The translations under genes and the position numbers were made by a program. Shown in pieces: positions 1 through 10,222 of a stretch of DNA of 64,000 bases. This DNA is from a virus. The stretch's first letter is position 1. Each line of letters opens with the position of its first letter. The notes under the pieces are model-generated. The model was not told the origin of the DNA, searched no databases, and saw only the letters and a list, made by a program, of their open reading frames with translations. The DNA is taken from positions 32,001-96,000 of the IMG/VR virus record IMGVR_UViG_3300044472_000055, one strand, 5' to 3'.

Positions 1-293
1 GCGCCCGCCCGCAGCACCTCGACTTGCTCCTCGATGGACAACGACGCGATGAATTCAGGCGGAGGCGCAGGAGGAGGCGTCATCTCCGGATCGATCTCGA
101 CCTCAGGAATGGCGAACCTCGGGTTGGTCTTCGTACGTGCACCTTGAGAGGCACGCTCGACATCACCTGCGATACTTCCGGCTCGTCTCTTGTCGGTCAT
201 TGGCAGAGGCTCCGGTGCAGGGAAACCACATCATCTGCACGCCACACTCTGCCGTTGAGTCTACACGAATCGATTGCGCCGATCGCCGGTTAG

Positions 294-653
294 CTATCGT
301 CCGGCGGTAGCTGCCTCTACCAACACGTCGTAAATCTCGCCGTCATCGAGGCTTCCCTCATGTTTCGAGGATCCTCGTCCACGTGTGATCAGCACCGTCG
401 TTGGCATTCCACTCACACCATATTGGTCGGCGAGCGCTTGAATCCCTTGATCTGTACTCGTGGCATCGTAGATGAGGACGGGGATCGTCTTCGGGGCAAT
501 CGGCTTGCCAGTAGAATGGTAGACGAAGCGATGACCCAGACGTTGGAAGCCCTCCAGCTGACGCTGGAATCGCGGTAGGTAATCTTCACAGGCGCCACAT
601 CCTGGCATCGCGAAGACGATCAGCACTGCGTTGACGCGCGACAGGTCGCTCAT
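294..653 (-). CDS. Thioredoxin-like protein
   Basis: VFAMPGCGACEDY CxxC motif and LADQYGVSGMPTTVLI cis-Pro loop. Confidence 0.8.
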   Translation of the reverse strand: MSDLSRVNAVLIVFAMPGCGACEDYLPRFQRQLEGFQRLGHRFVYHSTGKPIAPKTIPVLIYDATSTDQGIQALADQYGVSGMPTTVLITRGRGSSKHEGSLDDGEIYDVLVEAATAGR

Positions 654-1567
654 GCTGCAGTCGTATCAGATTCGGGCAACGAGAGGAGTGGTTTGCCATC
701 ACGATGGCGCTGCCACAGCTTCCAAGCGACGATCGCCCCGAACCCCGCGAGAACGGTGAAACCCGTCCATTGCAGAAGCCCCCACGTACCGTTGGCTTCC
801 CACGACGTCTTGATGTTGGGCTTGTCGATGAGCTTGGCGCAGCGATCGAGGCAGACCTCATTGGTGCCACCCTGTTGCACACAGGTCTGATAGCAAGCAA
901 GCCGTGACGCCGTGTAATTCGCGAAGGCATCGGCCTGCAGCTTCACCTGCTTGACGTTGGCCTCCTGAATCGCATTGGTCTCCAGATACTTCAAGATCGC
1001 AGAGACGACCGCACCGACGACAACGATGCTGATTACCGCGATCACGATGAGCACACCCGCGCCAATCCCGAGACCCGCGATCTGCTGCTGCTTCTCGTTC
1101 TCGCGATGTGCTTGCAGCTCCATCAGCATCTTGAAGCTCGGGGCAGACTCTGGGTTGTACACCCACTGATCTGTCGTCGAGATATCGATGTCGTTCGTCG
1201 ACAAGTACTGCGTGTTCTCGTCGGGACCGCGCAGCGCCGTGCCCATGAGGCCCGACAGTGGCTGGTTCTGCCCATCGCAGTTGATCTTCCAGGCCTCAGA
1301 ACCTTGGATACCCTTCCACGTGAACAACGTCGGCATCGGGGGCTCCGACGGAACATTCTGCCCCGCCGCCTTGAGTGTCGACAGCATGCCGCGTTGCGCA
1401 TTCCAGATCATCAACGCGAACACGTTGTAGGTCTTGACCTCAGCACACGTCGCGCGTCCGAGCTGCAAGAGCCCGCTGATCTGTGCCGCTGACTTCCGCA
1501 GGCTCTCGTACGTCTGCTGCAGTGCGTCCGCGATATTTTTCAAACGTTGCTCTTCACTCGTCGCCAT
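650..1567 (-). CDS. Putative virion membrane protein (2 TM, Cys-containing)
   Basis: Two hydrophobic helices, LSGLMG and IAGLG motifs, TAGACT-N6-ATG upstream. Confidence 0.6.
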   Translation of the reverse strand: MATSEEQRLKNIADALQQTYESLRKSAAQISGLLQLGRATCAEVKTYNVFALMIWNAQRGMLSTLKAAGQNVPSEPPMPTLFTWKGIQGSEAWKINCDGQNQPLSGLMGTALRGPDENTQYLSTNDIDISTTDQWVYNPESAPSFKMLMELQAHRENEKQQQIAGLGIGAGVLIVIAVISIVVVGAVVSAILKYLETNAIQEANVKQVKLQADAFANYTASRLACYQTCVQQGGTNEVCLDRCAKLIDKPNIKTSWEANGTWGLLQWTGFTVLAGFGAIVAWKLWQRHRDGKPLLSLPESDTTAA

Positions 1568-1922
1568 GCCTGAAGTCTAAACTAAATGAATGTCCTTGGA
1601 GTGGCGTGCTTTGCGGAGCTTCACGTAGGAGTGCCGCAGCTGGCCAAGCGTTGCGTCGCAGCGCCAGACAGTGGCTTGCCAGGCCCGACAGTGCTTCGCA
1701 TCGTAGTGCGGCTATAGCACAACAAAAACAAGGCGTGCTACAAGCGCCGTCCGCTATGCCCGTGACCCCCGAAGAGAAGACCGAACGCGCTCTCTGCACC
1801 CTCGCCGATTGGGCCTTCGAGTGTCGAGATCTGCTCGAAGCAAAGCCCGCCGTGAGGGTCGAATCTCTCGACGTGTTGCTTCGGCCGGGTGTGCTTCGGA
1901 GGCGTCGTGACGAGCGCGAGCG

Positions 1923-2888
1923 CTAGTCTTCGAGACCGACGGTCCAACCGCTGATACGACCGTTGCCACTGGTTTCTGCGTACAGCATGAGATACGCCGC
2001 CGCTGGATTGCAGATGTGGAACCGGACACTCGCCAAGCCACCGGCATCTGCCGTCTCGGTTCGCTCACCGACAGTCTCTTCCTGTACGGTGGCGCTGTAG
2101 TTCATCGTCCGCAGAACTGCTGCACGGAACGTGAACGTGTCGCCACCTGCTGCGTTGTTGCCGCGCATTTTGACGACAACATTCTTGCGCCCGTAGATCG
2201 GCACCTGCTGAATCAGCACTTCACCGAGACCTGCTAGCGCCGTCGTCGCATTGTCGACGTTGCCGAAGATCTGCGGCATGCGTTTGGTAGAAACCAAAAT
2301 GTCCGGGCGCAGCAACAGACGCAGCTGCAACGTCGGTGGAATCCACTTGGCATTGATACCCGGTGGGATCGGGTTCAACGTGACAACGGTGCCATCCTCC
2401 TTCAGATACGAAGGCGGCACTTCCGTCGACGTGATATTCGACGCGCCTTGCCGCTGGATGTTCGCGACCACATACATGAGCCCCTGCGACTGCGCGAGCC
2501 ACGGGTTGTTCACGTTGGTGGGAGTGTATGGCGAGATCGTATTCGAAAGGGACGGAGCCCTCTTCGCGGCCTGCGTGAACAGCAAAGGCTGTTCAACACT
2601 GATCCCGCGCACGAGATCGGCCGTACGGTTCAGCTGCGCGACATCCTTGCTCGGGTTTGTCGAGATCCAGCAACGATCGACCATGCTCTCGGGACCGATG
2701 GCAATACCGGCCAACGAGTTCGGCAACCCGGGCTGGGTGAAGTACGGGTACGAATCGATGCCGAGCAACGAAGGCAGGTTGTTGACGTCGATGCGTGTGC
2801 CCCAGTAGTGCACCCACACGTCGTAAACGTCTGCCTGACGCGCGATCGCGTCCTGGAGGCTCAGCGACGGTGTTTCGATAATTGCCAT
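1923..2888 (-). CDS. Putative structural protein (beta-rich C-terminus)
   Basis: 321-aa ORF in the same minus-strand run as capsid-like genes. Confidence 0.5.
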   Translation of the reverse strand: MAIIETPSLSLQDAIARQADVYDVWVHYWGTRIDVNNLPSLLGIDSYPYFTQPGLPNSLAGIAIGPESMVDRCWISTNPSKDVAQLNRTADLVRGISVEQPLLFTQAAKRAPSLSNTISPYTPTNVNNPWLAQSQGLMYVVANIQRQGASNITSTEVPPSYLKEDGTVVTLNPIPPGINAKWIPPTLQLRLLLRPDILVSTKRMPQIFGNVDNATTALAGLGEVLIQQVPIYGRKNVVVKMRGNNAAGGDTFTFRAAVLRTMNYSATVQEETVGERTETADAGGLASVRFHICNPAAAYLMLYAETSGNGRISGWTVGLED

Positions 2889-2891
2889 GGC

Positions 2892-3215
2892 CTAGGACTC
2901 CATCTGCCCCTGAGACAGCGCCTCAGAGACCGCGATCGAGGCGAACCCGCCAGCGCCGATACACGCCGCGTAAATGCCCTGCTTCGGCATCAGCACGAAG
3001 ACCTCGGAGGCGCCCGCTGGCAGGCGGAAGCATCCTGCCAACGGGTTGTCGTTCTGCAGCACCGTTGTCTCGTGTGCGATGATCATCAGCGCACCACCCG
3101 AATTGCGCACGACGATACGCATCGGAACGTCATTCGCCTTGAACAAGGTGGCCGGATCATTGCCTTGCGCAGGCACGAGCAGCGTGTTGATGAAGCTATC
3201 GGTCGGCTTACGCAT
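2892..3215 (-). CDS. Small beta-sandwich protein, possible vertex/minor capsid protein
   Basis: Alternating beta-strand pattern (MRIVVRNSGG, FRLPAGASEVFVL, GIYAAC); position among structural genes. Confidence 0.45.
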   Translation of the reverse strand: MRKPTDSFINTLLVPAQGNDPATLFKANDVPMRIVVRNSGGALMIIAHETTVLQNDNPLAGCFRLPAGASEVFVLMPKQGIYAACIGAGGFASIAVSEALSQGQMES

Positions 3216-3247
3216 GACTGTCACCCCCAGCGCTTACGGTGAAGGTG

Positions 3248-3757
3248 TTAGCGGCTCTCCGACGCGGGGGCCACGACGATGAGGAACCCTTGGAACGAGA
3301 TCTCCAGCCGCAGCCCGTTCAGATCATCGATCGGCGCGGGATTCACCGGGAACGTCAGCGCATCAGCGACGATCTGGATCAGCTCGGTGCGGATGAGGTA
3401 GTAGGGTTCGGCCCACTCCCACGTACGCTCGCTCGAACCCTTCGTGAGCAGGTTCAGGAGCGTCGGCGACTTCGTGAGTGGCGTGTTCTTGCCGAGGTCG
3501 GTGATCGCCACGCGCAGCAACGACTGCATGAGATCCTGATCCGGCTGCGTGGCCAGCGCGACACCCGTGCTGTCGAGCGCCGTGACGCGCGGGATCATGC
3601 GATGGATCTCGAACGGCTTGTCGATGTTGTTCGCGAAGGTCGCGTCCGGGAACTGCTGTCCCGTTGCACCCGACGTCAGCGTCAGCTCCCCGTCCATCTC
3701 GTAGGGGATGCGCATCGTGATGAGCTTTTCAGCCCAGTGGCTTGGCAGACGACCCAT
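3248..3757 (-). CDS. Candidate single jelly-roll capsid protein (small MCP or penton)
   Basis: 169 aa, beta pattern (PFEIHRM, LRVAITD, WAEPYYL, IQIV, LEISFQG) resembling SJR proteins of tailless viruses; inference. Confidence 0.5.
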   Translation of the reverse strand: MGRLPSHWAEKLITMRIPYEMDGELTLTSGATGQQFPDATFANNIDKPFEIHRMIPRVTALDSTGVALATQPDQDLMQSLLRVAITDLGKNTPLTKSPTLLNLLTKGSSERTWEWAEPYYLIRTELIQIVADALTFPVNPAPIDDLNGLRLEISFQGFLIVVAPASESR

Positions 3758-3864
3758 TGTGTAGCTCCTGTCGCCGTTTGAACTTGATGGCGACGGAAGT
3801 GAGCGTACCAGAAGCGAAACCCAACGTCATGATTTGCACACACCCCACTACGCAAGCACCGAAC

Positions 3865-4200
3865 ATGAGCAGCGGAGTCTCTTACACAGCCCCGACAATC
3901 GGTCCGAAGGTCTACGTCACGCGTGGCCCCTCAGGCTGGCCCGAGACCTTTCAGCGCAAGGAAGCCGATGCCAAGCTGCTCGACTTCGTAGGGCCCGTAC
4001 CGCTCGAAGACCTCATCTTGACGTTCATCCGGCAGCGCACCCTCGCGGACGAACCCGAGCCGACAACGTGGGCGCACATCACGCACTACCTCGCTCGCAA
4101 CCTCAGCGTCCCTGTCACCACAATCCCTGATGCGGTAGGCGTCGCTTTCTGGGCGCACGTCGTCACGGCAATGGCCGCACACGGCCAGGCGTTGAACTAA
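3865..4200 (+). CDS. Hypothetical protein
   Basis: ORF coupled (TAATG) to the next gene. Confidence 0.5.
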   Translation: MSSGVSYTAPTIGPKVYVTRGPSGWPETFQRKEADAKLLDFVGPVPLEDLILTFIRQRTLADEPEPTTWAHITHYLARNLSVPVTTIPDAVGVAFWAHVVTAMAAHGQALN

Positions 4201-4586
4201 TGTCAAAGTTTTGGATCGAGGCGATTGGCATCGCTGCGTTCGCCACGAACGTCTGGGCCAACATTCTCATCGCGCGAAAGAGCGAGACCGGCTGGGTCGT
4301 CCGCTTGGTCTCGAATGCCTTCTGGCTTGCCTTCGGCATCGTCGCATTCAGCTTTGCTAACATCCTCAACGCAGTCGTGTTCGCGGGAATCAACGTCTAC
4401 GGCCTACTTCGTTGGCGAAAGGAACGACTGATGCCGAAAAAGTGCGACGATCATTTTCGAATCGACTGCCGCTTCTGTAGCAACATCGTGAAGCAATGTG
4501 GCTGCCACATTGGTACGGACAAGCCGATCACACACGACGGCGTTTGTGGCCCGTGTGGGCGACAGATGCCGCCTATTCGACGTTGA
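4200..4586 (+). CDS. PnuC-like small membrane protein with C-terminal Cys cluster
   Basis: 3 TM helices, GW..LVSN..W and NVYGLLRWRK motifs as in PnuC-like proteins. Confidence 0.55.
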   Translation: MSKFWIEAIGIAAFATNVWANILIARKSETGWVVRLVSNAFWLAFGIVAFSFANILNAVVFAGINVYGLLRWRKERLMPKKCDDHFRIDCRFCSNIVKQCGCHIGTDKPITHDGVCGPCGRQMPPIRR

Positions 4587-5109
4587 GCACGTTCTTGAGG
4601 ATCGTCTTCACCGCAGCATCGTCCGTCTCGTAGTGATCCGCGAGCGCCGTGAAGATCGAACGCTCCGTACCTGCGACGATGATCCAACGATCAGCCTCGG
4701 ATGGAATCGGCGCACCCTGCGAGCGCATCTGCTCGACGAATGCCTGCATCGCGAGGATGTAGCCGAATTCGACGGGCGCCCCGTCGGTGTACACACCCTT
4801 CGGCGGCAGCAGATAAAGGAAGATCGACGACTGCGAGACCTCGTGCAGATCGACTGCCGACCACATCGCACGTTGATCACGATCCGCTGTCATCAGGTTC
4901 GCGTCACCGACCTTCCTGATCACGTCGACCCACGTCGATGTCACGAGCATGCCGTTCGCGCGTAGCTGCGCCATTACAGCTTCGGCACGATCGATTTCAC
5001 GTGATGCCGCCGCGACATAGATCGCACGAGGAAAGTCATTGGGCGAGACTTGCTTGAGCTGCGGCACCTTGACGTCGTTGCTGGGTTCTTTGTTGACGAG
5101 ACCAAACAT
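4573..5109 (-). CDS. Nucleoside 2-deoxyribosyltransferase-like protein
   Basis: IYVAA start strand, TSTW, DLHEVSQS, GAPVEFGY motifs. Confidence 0.6.
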   Translation of the reverse strand: MFGLVNKEPSNDVKVPQLKQVSPNDFPRAIYVAAASREIDRAEAVMAQLRANGMLVTSTWVDVIRKVGDANLMTADRDQRAMWSAVDLHEVSQSSIFLYLLPPKGVYTDGAPVEFGYILAMQAFVEQMRSQGAPIPSEADRWIIVAGTERSIFTALADHYETDDAAVKTILKNVLNVE

Positions 5110-5381
5110 TACTTTTTCTCCTGGGTAGCGATGAGCAAACGTTCATGCGTTTCGTCTAGGATTCGTGTGAGCACGTCGCGCAACGCACGGGTTCGATTCA
5201 AATCGAGATGCTGTGATGCCAGCAAACGATCGCCGCTTTCGAGCACCATGATTTGCGTGCCACCGTCAGCGGGAAACAACCGCAACATGCCTTCGTTGTC
5301 GCCGCACTCTGTGATCACATCAGCACGCTTCAAGTGCCCCGTCTTGTCGCAGACGTTTTGCAAAACGATGATCTTCGCCAT
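5109..5381 (-). CDS. Hypothetical protein
   Basis: ORF directly behind a box promoter, coupled to the next gene. Confidence 0.55.
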   Translation of the reverse strand: MAKIIVLQNVCDKTGHLKRADVITECGDNEGMLRLFPADGGTQIMVLESGDRLLASQHLDLNRTRALRDVLTRILDETHERLLIATQEKK

Positions 5382-5452
5382 CCAGCGGAACCTAACCGCT
5401 GGGGATGACAGTCATGCACCTGCAAGACACTCCCATGTGGTACGCCCGACCC

Positions 5453-5977
5453 ATGTCGCTACTACTCTTCCTGTGGGCTCTCGTCGGCACCGACGCCATC
5501 TACGCCAATAACGTGCATGCCCTCGTGCCGCACATCGATCGCTCTGTCGTCGATGATCACGTGCGTGCCGCACGCCTCGCCGCCACAGAGCATGGCTTCG
5601 ATGTGGAGCTGCTCCTTGCTGTCGCGTACGTCGAAAGCCGCTTCGAGGGGAATGCCATCGGCCGCATGGAGGATGGGCGTCGTCGTGGTGGGGCGTGGAT
5701 CCACGAACACGCGCCTGGCACCGGTCCTCGTTTCTGCGGCGTCATGCAGGTGGGCACGCGTCACGATTGGAAGGCTTGCGCCGCCCTGCGAGACCTGACG
5801 GCGGGCTATGCGGCGGGGGCTCGCCTGCTCAAAGACTGGCTCAAGCTCAGCCGTGGCGACGTCTCAGACGCGTTGAACGGGTACGGTTGCGGGATGTGGG
5901 GGCTCAAGAACGGCTGCAAGCGTTACGCGAACCGCGTACTGGCCTACAGGCGCCACATCGCACGTACATCGAGCTGA
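5453..5977 (+). CDS. Lytic transglycosylase (SLT domain) with hydrophobic N-terminus
   Basis: AVAYVESRF (catalytic Glu), CGVMQV, ALNGYG, YANRVL motifs. Confidence 0.8.
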   Translation: MSLLLFLWALVGTDAIYANNVHALVPHIDRSVVDDHVRAARLAATEHGFDVELLLAVAYVESRFEGNAIGRMEDGRRRGGAWIHEHAPGTGPRFCGVMQVGTRHDWKACAALRDLTAGYAAGARLLKDWLKLSRGDVSDALNGYGCGMWGLKNGCKRYANRVLAYRRHIARTSS

Positions 5978-6039
5978 TCACGTTCCCCGGCTTGAGGTCG
6001 CGATCGGCAACGTCAGCCCCAGCGCCTAAGGTCGAGCCC

Positions 6040-6575
6040 ATGGCCCACAACCTCGAACCTACTTCGTTCCAACTCACCATCGTGTCGCAAAGCCCTGCAG
6101 TCGATGACCTGAGCGTCATGTTCGACCGCATCTTCGTACCGCCCGCTGATCACGCTATGCCATGGCAAGCGCAGATGATGGTTGCTGTGCGTGCGAAGAC
6201 GCCTGCCGATACCAAGGCGCTTCTCGTCAGGCGGCTACGCGAAGTGGCCGACGACATCGAGCATGCGGAGATCGTGGGCCCATGAGCGCCAAAGAAGCGA
6301 ACGACCTCTACAAGCGCCTCGTCCGTGAGGCAGCAGCTGCCAAGAACATCCCCACTGAAAAGATCGCGATCATTGAATGGGGCATCGATGAGGTCGTCGC
6401 GATTCAAGGGCTGCCGATCGACAAAAGCAGCAAGCGCATCCTCGAAGTTGCCGTAGCGATCGAAGCCTTACGGCGCGCAACAGGACTGTCCCACATCACG
6501 TACGAAGATGTTCGCGAACACATCCTCAACGGGCGCTTTACGTTCTTGAGCCCATTCGTCGACGAGAAGGCATAG
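6040..6575 (+). CDS. Two coupled hypothetical genes (6040-6285, 6282-6575)
   Basis: Box promoter 6013-6032 then ATG 6040; ATGA overlap. Confidence 0.55.
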
Positions 6576-6589
6576 CCTCCCGAAAACGG

Positions 6590-6615
6590 CGAAAGCCGCC
6601 CGAAGGCGGCTCTCG
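6590..6615 (-). terminator. Rho-independent terminator after the putative capsid gene
   Basis: GAGCCGCC-TTCG-GGCGGCTT hairpin followed by TCGCCGTTTT on the minus strand. Confidence 0.7.
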
Positions 6616-6650
6616 TTGACGAACCAGCGCGTTTCGCGCTGCGTGACTGC

Positions 6651-7358
6651 TTAGGTCACGTTACGGCGGACGAGGCCGTAGAGGTACGTCTTGCAGTCGG
6701 CGAACGTGAGGGCGGTCGAGCCGTCCGACGCAACCTGGTTGATCACCAGGGCGGCTTCGGGCGAGAACGCCATCTTGTAGCCGAGGTTCTCGCGCAGCCA
6801 GATCGGCAGCACGAGCGCGTTGCGATCACGCGGCGACGGGACGCCGTTCTGCGCCAGCTCGAAGTTCGAGTTGGTCGAGAACACGTTGAAGCCGTGACCC
6901 TGCGGGTAGTCCTGCATCACGCCGAACGTGTAGCGCTTCGCGTTGTACTCGAAGAACAGGAACGTCACGCGGTCGATGTTGAACAGCGTGCGGAGCGTCG
7001 GCGGATCCGACAGCGCGCCCGAGCCGTCCGCGAGGACCGGCTGCGACGCACCCGTCGCCGGGCGACACGCACGCGTGATCTTCACGCCGATGCCGTAGAT
7101 GTACATCTCCCACGACATCGGGAGACCCGTGTCACCGTTGCGGGGGACGTTCGTATCCACGTTCGTCATCGTGCGCGTGCCACCGGGGATCTGCTGCGAG
7201 CGACCGGCGGTGAACGCCTCGACCGGCGTGGTCTGGCCGTTCGCGAACTGCACCGTCGAGTACAGCTTGTCGTCGATCCAGTCCTCGATCGCGATCGTCT
7301 GACCGCTCGGGAGCGTGAGAGTGGAAGTACCAGGAGCAACACCAACAGTTCCAGCCAT
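6651..7358 (-). CDS. Candidate major capsid protein (single jelly-roll type)
   Basis: Strong codon bias, AAGGA RBS, own terminator; LYSTV, DTN..GLP..WEMYIYGIGV, LPIWLRENLGY, YLYGLVRR beta pattern; fold is inference. Confidence 0.6.
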   Translation of the reverse strand: MAGTVGVAPGTSTLTLPSGQTIAIEDWIDDKLYSTVQFANGQTTPVEAFTAGRSQQIPGGTRTMTNVDTNVPRNGDTGLPMSWEMYIYGIGVKITRACRPATGASQPVLADGSGALSDPPTLRTLFNIDRVTFLFFEYNAKRYTFGVMQDYPQGHGFNVFSTNSNFELAQNGVPSPRDRNALVLPIWLRENLGYKMAFSPEAALVINQVASDGSTALTFADCKTYLYGLVRRNVT

Positions 7359-7467
7359 TGTCTTTTCCTTGCGAGGGTTGTCGTTTTGCTCTTGGTCGGG
7401 GTCGTCCCCAGTCCGCGAGCGGTGATGGAATCAAGGCGCGATCACCGCGCCGGGAAGAGAGTGAGGG

Positions 7468-8085
7468 TTAGCGACCGCCGCCGAGCAGCGTGGCACCGTA
7501 CGAAGCCGAGAGGCCGTGGACCTGCGGACCGCCCATGCCGAGCAGCTGCGCCGCCATCGGACCCGGGTTGCCGAGCAGGCTCACCGGAGGACCGGAGAGG
7601 TGGCCAGCCATGCCGACCTGGTTGCCGGCGACACCCGGGATCGTGCCGACGGGCGGACGAACCTGGTTGATCGACGGAACACCGAGGCTGACACCACTGA
7701 GCGAGCGGATCTGCGGCATGCCGAGACCACCGTTCAGATCACGGATCTGCGGGATGCCCATGCCCGAGACGCCTGCTGCGGCCTTGCCGCCGAAGAGCAG
7801 CCCCTCGACCCAGCGGAGACCCGCTGCGATGAGTGCACCGAACGCAACGCCCGCCGCCGCATGACGCGTCGACTTCATCGCGTAGAAGGTGCCGGCGGTC
7901 GCGAGACCGAGACCGAGACCGATCAGCTCGCGGTGCTTCGCCTGCGACGTATGAGCCGCCGCGAGCGAACCAACGAACGAGACGCCACCACCGATGAGAG
8001 CACCAGTGAGAGGGGAGATGCCGCCACCGAAGTCGCTGAGACCGAGGAGGTCGACCTTGCCGAGCATGCCGCGCTTACGAGCCAT
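7468..8085 (-). CDS. Gly-rich membrane virion protein
   Basis: 3 TM segments, repeated LxG/LG motifs (VSGMG, LNGGLG, LSGVSLG), directly upstream of the capsid candidate. Confidence 0.6.
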   Translation of the reverse strand: MARKRGMLGKVDLLGLSDFGGGISPLTGALIGGGVSFVGSLAAAHTSQAKHRELIGLGLGLATAGTFYAMKSTRHAAAGVAFGALIAAGLRWVEGLLFGGKAAAGVSGMGIPQIRDLNGGLGMPQIRSLSGVSLGVPSINQVRPPVGTIPGVAGNQVGMAGHLSGPPVSLLGNPGPMAAQLLGMGGPQVHGLSASYGATLLGGGR

Positions 8086-8112
8086 TTTCTTGTTCTCCGT
8101 TGAGGAAGGGGG

Positions 8113-8298
8113 TTATCGGCGGCAGAGCCCGTGAAGGTCCTTCTTGAAGGCCTTACCGCTTCGAGATTGCGAGCGAGGAACGGTGCAGAGGAGGACGGAC
8201 TTCTTCGTGCGCGGGTTGTAGACGCACTTGCATTCGTCCGTTGCGCCGAGCGAGCGGCGCTCCTTGGCCGAACCGGCGAGCGTCATGATCTGCGCCAT
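8113..8298 (-). CDS. Small basic Cys-containing protein
   Basis: 61 aa, TLAG and RSLG motifs, capsid operon. Confidence 0.55.
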   Translation of the reverse strand: MAQIMTLAGSAKERRSLGATDECKCVYNPRTKKSVLLCTVPRSQSRSGKAFKKDLHGLCRR

Positions 8299-8301
8299 GC
8301 G

Positions 8302-8769
8302 TTAGCCCGCCCAGTAGAGGGACGCCGCGCGACGCGCCGCCATCACATCCGCTGCCTCGCGGATCGTGTAGTCACGGCGCATGCCGGGGTTGCCGACGAG
8401 CATGAACACGGCCTTCGCACGACCCGCCATCTCGGGCGAGAGCACGCCTGCGGCTGCAGACGCCGTCGGGCCTGGGGCCTGCGCGATCGGCGGGCCCGAC
8501 ACCGGAGCCGCCGACGCCATGAACTTCGCCGCCTTCTTTGCCGCGATGCGCGCCTTGAGCGTCGCCCACCACTGCGAGAGACGACCACCGCTCGCGCCGA
8601 GACCGGACAGCTGCATGCCACTCGGGGGACCGAGTGTGAATGCGGCAGCAACGGCCTGCACGTCTGCCTGCGGCTGATAGCCGACGATCGACGTGAGGAC
8701 GCCCGTGCGATAAACGCGATCGGGCCGAACAACGTGCGCTTCGCCGCCGTGACGCAGGATGGTTGTCAT
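8302..8769 (-). CDS. Putative virion protein
   Basis: QLSGLG motif, Ala/Pro-rich, first gene of the capsid operon. Confidence 0.55.
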   Translation of the reverse strand: MTTILRHGGEAHVVRPDRVYRTGVLTSIVGYQPQADVQAVAAAFTLGPPSGMQLSGLGASGGRLSQWWATLKARIAAKKAAKFMASAAPVSGPPIAQAPGPTASAAAGVLSPEMAGRAKAVFMLVGNPGMRRDYTIREAADVMAARRAASLYWAG

Positions 8770-8962
8770 GGAAAGAACGATGCACCACGTAGGCATTGTT
8801 CGTCAACGATTCTAAATACTTAGACACTACAGCGAAGATCGACACCTGCAAGATCCTGATTAGTAACCAACTGGCGATCTGCCGAATTGATCAATTCAGA
8901 TCAGGAAGTGCTAGTGTCTTCGCAGAGCTGGGGGCAGCTCGAACCGAAATCGCTGCCCATCT

Positions 8963-9502
8963 ATGCTCATCGTCTCCCCTTCAACCGCATCTGCTCTCGC
9001 GCCACACGCGGCCGAGCGATCGTGGGTGATGTTCGTGCAGGTCAATCCGCCCGGCGGCGGACAGGGACCGATCAAGATCGAAGCGGTGAAGGGATCGCAG
9101 ATCGGTACACGCCTCGCGACACTCGCGCGCGAGAACGCCTTCGATCCGATGCTCATCGGTTTGATCGAATCACCGACGCCACTCGAACACGCACAAGCGA
9201 TCATCGAGCAGTACGCCGCTGGCCATCTTCATCACGATTGGTACGCGCCGAGCGCAGATCTGCTCGCATACATTCAACACGTCGCTCAAGGTCCGATCCA
9301 AGCGCTACTCGCTGAAACGCATCCTGGCGGACTCTCCGAGGAGAGCGTCGAGATCGAAGAGATGGCCGACATCCTCAACGTGTCGGTGCCGACAGTGCGC
9401 CGCATGATCAAACAAGAGGTCATTCCGTACCTCAAGTTCGGCCGCATCTACCGCTTCGTTCCTGCCGACGTCATCGCCTCGCTTGCTCGACGAACACGAT
9501 AG
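8963..9502 (+). CDS. Degenerate T5orf172/GIY-YIG-like domain fused to excisionase-like HTH
   Basis: FVQ..GPIKIE..RLATL..HDWY.PS..LLAYI; C-terminal EEMADILNVSVPTVRRMIKQEVIPYLKFGRIYRF. Confidence 0.65.
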   Translation: MLIVSPSTASALAPHAAERSWVMFVQVNPPGGGQGPIKIEAVKGSQIGTRLATLARENAFDPMLIGLIESPTPLEHAQAIIEQYAAGHLHHDWYAPSADLLAYIQHVAQGPIQALLAETHPGGLSEESVEIEEMADILNVSVPTVRRMIKQEVIPYLKFGRIYRFVPADVIASLARRTR

Positions 9503-9532
9503 TCAGCCCCGGCGAGTAGTCTCAGAAGCACG

Positions 9533-10138
9533 ATGAATATTCGGCTCTGCGACTACTGCATGAAAGCCATCAACGAGAACGACACGTTGATGATCACGGT
9601 GAGCATCACGCCCAAGCTAGTGCGTGGTTTCGGCGGCGGTGTCCTCGATGCTCCATTCAATAGTGTCGACGTCGTTCCGCTCCCGTTTCCCATGCCGCTG
9701 TCACGAACCGAGAGCAAGCATTTCGATATGTGTATCGAGTGCGCTAAAGGCAAAGGGCTCGTCGAGACCGAGACGACAGTGAAAGCTATCGTTGGGCAGC
9801 TCACTCCCGAGGAGATCGAGAAGATCGAAAAAGGCACGTTCTGATAGGCTGCGGGCGTGAGCTGCAAGCACAACAACGTCGTCGCCGTGTTCACGCAAAG
9901 TGCAATCTGCGTCGATTGTGGGACGCCTGTGTGCCGCATTTGTCGAGGACAAACCGCGAAACCGACTTTGCCCTCGAATGAGATCTGCAACGTGTTTTCG
10001 TGGCAACACGCCCTCGAAACGAACACATGGCAGGGGCGTGCACTCAGCTACGAAGATGCGGCGCGTGCCTTGGGCAGCGCGCAGCTTCTATGCCGATACC
10101 GATCCCGTGATCTACGGGACGTGCTCGTCAACAATTGA
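9533..10138 (+). CDS. Two small CxxC-containing hypothetical genes (9533-9844, 9857-10138)
   Basis: CxxC pairs; each has its own promoter-like motif. Confidence 0.55.
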
Positions 10139-10222
10139 CCGGCTAGCAGGCCTTCTGCTATAGCCGGTGTAACAGAGTTACTTGGGTGTCCCAAGGACTA
10201 CTACAAAGGGAAAGGGAAGAAG

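Noticed and set aside
8963-9502. Excisionase marking an integrated prophage
   Set aside because: No integrase, att site or host genes recognised in the window.
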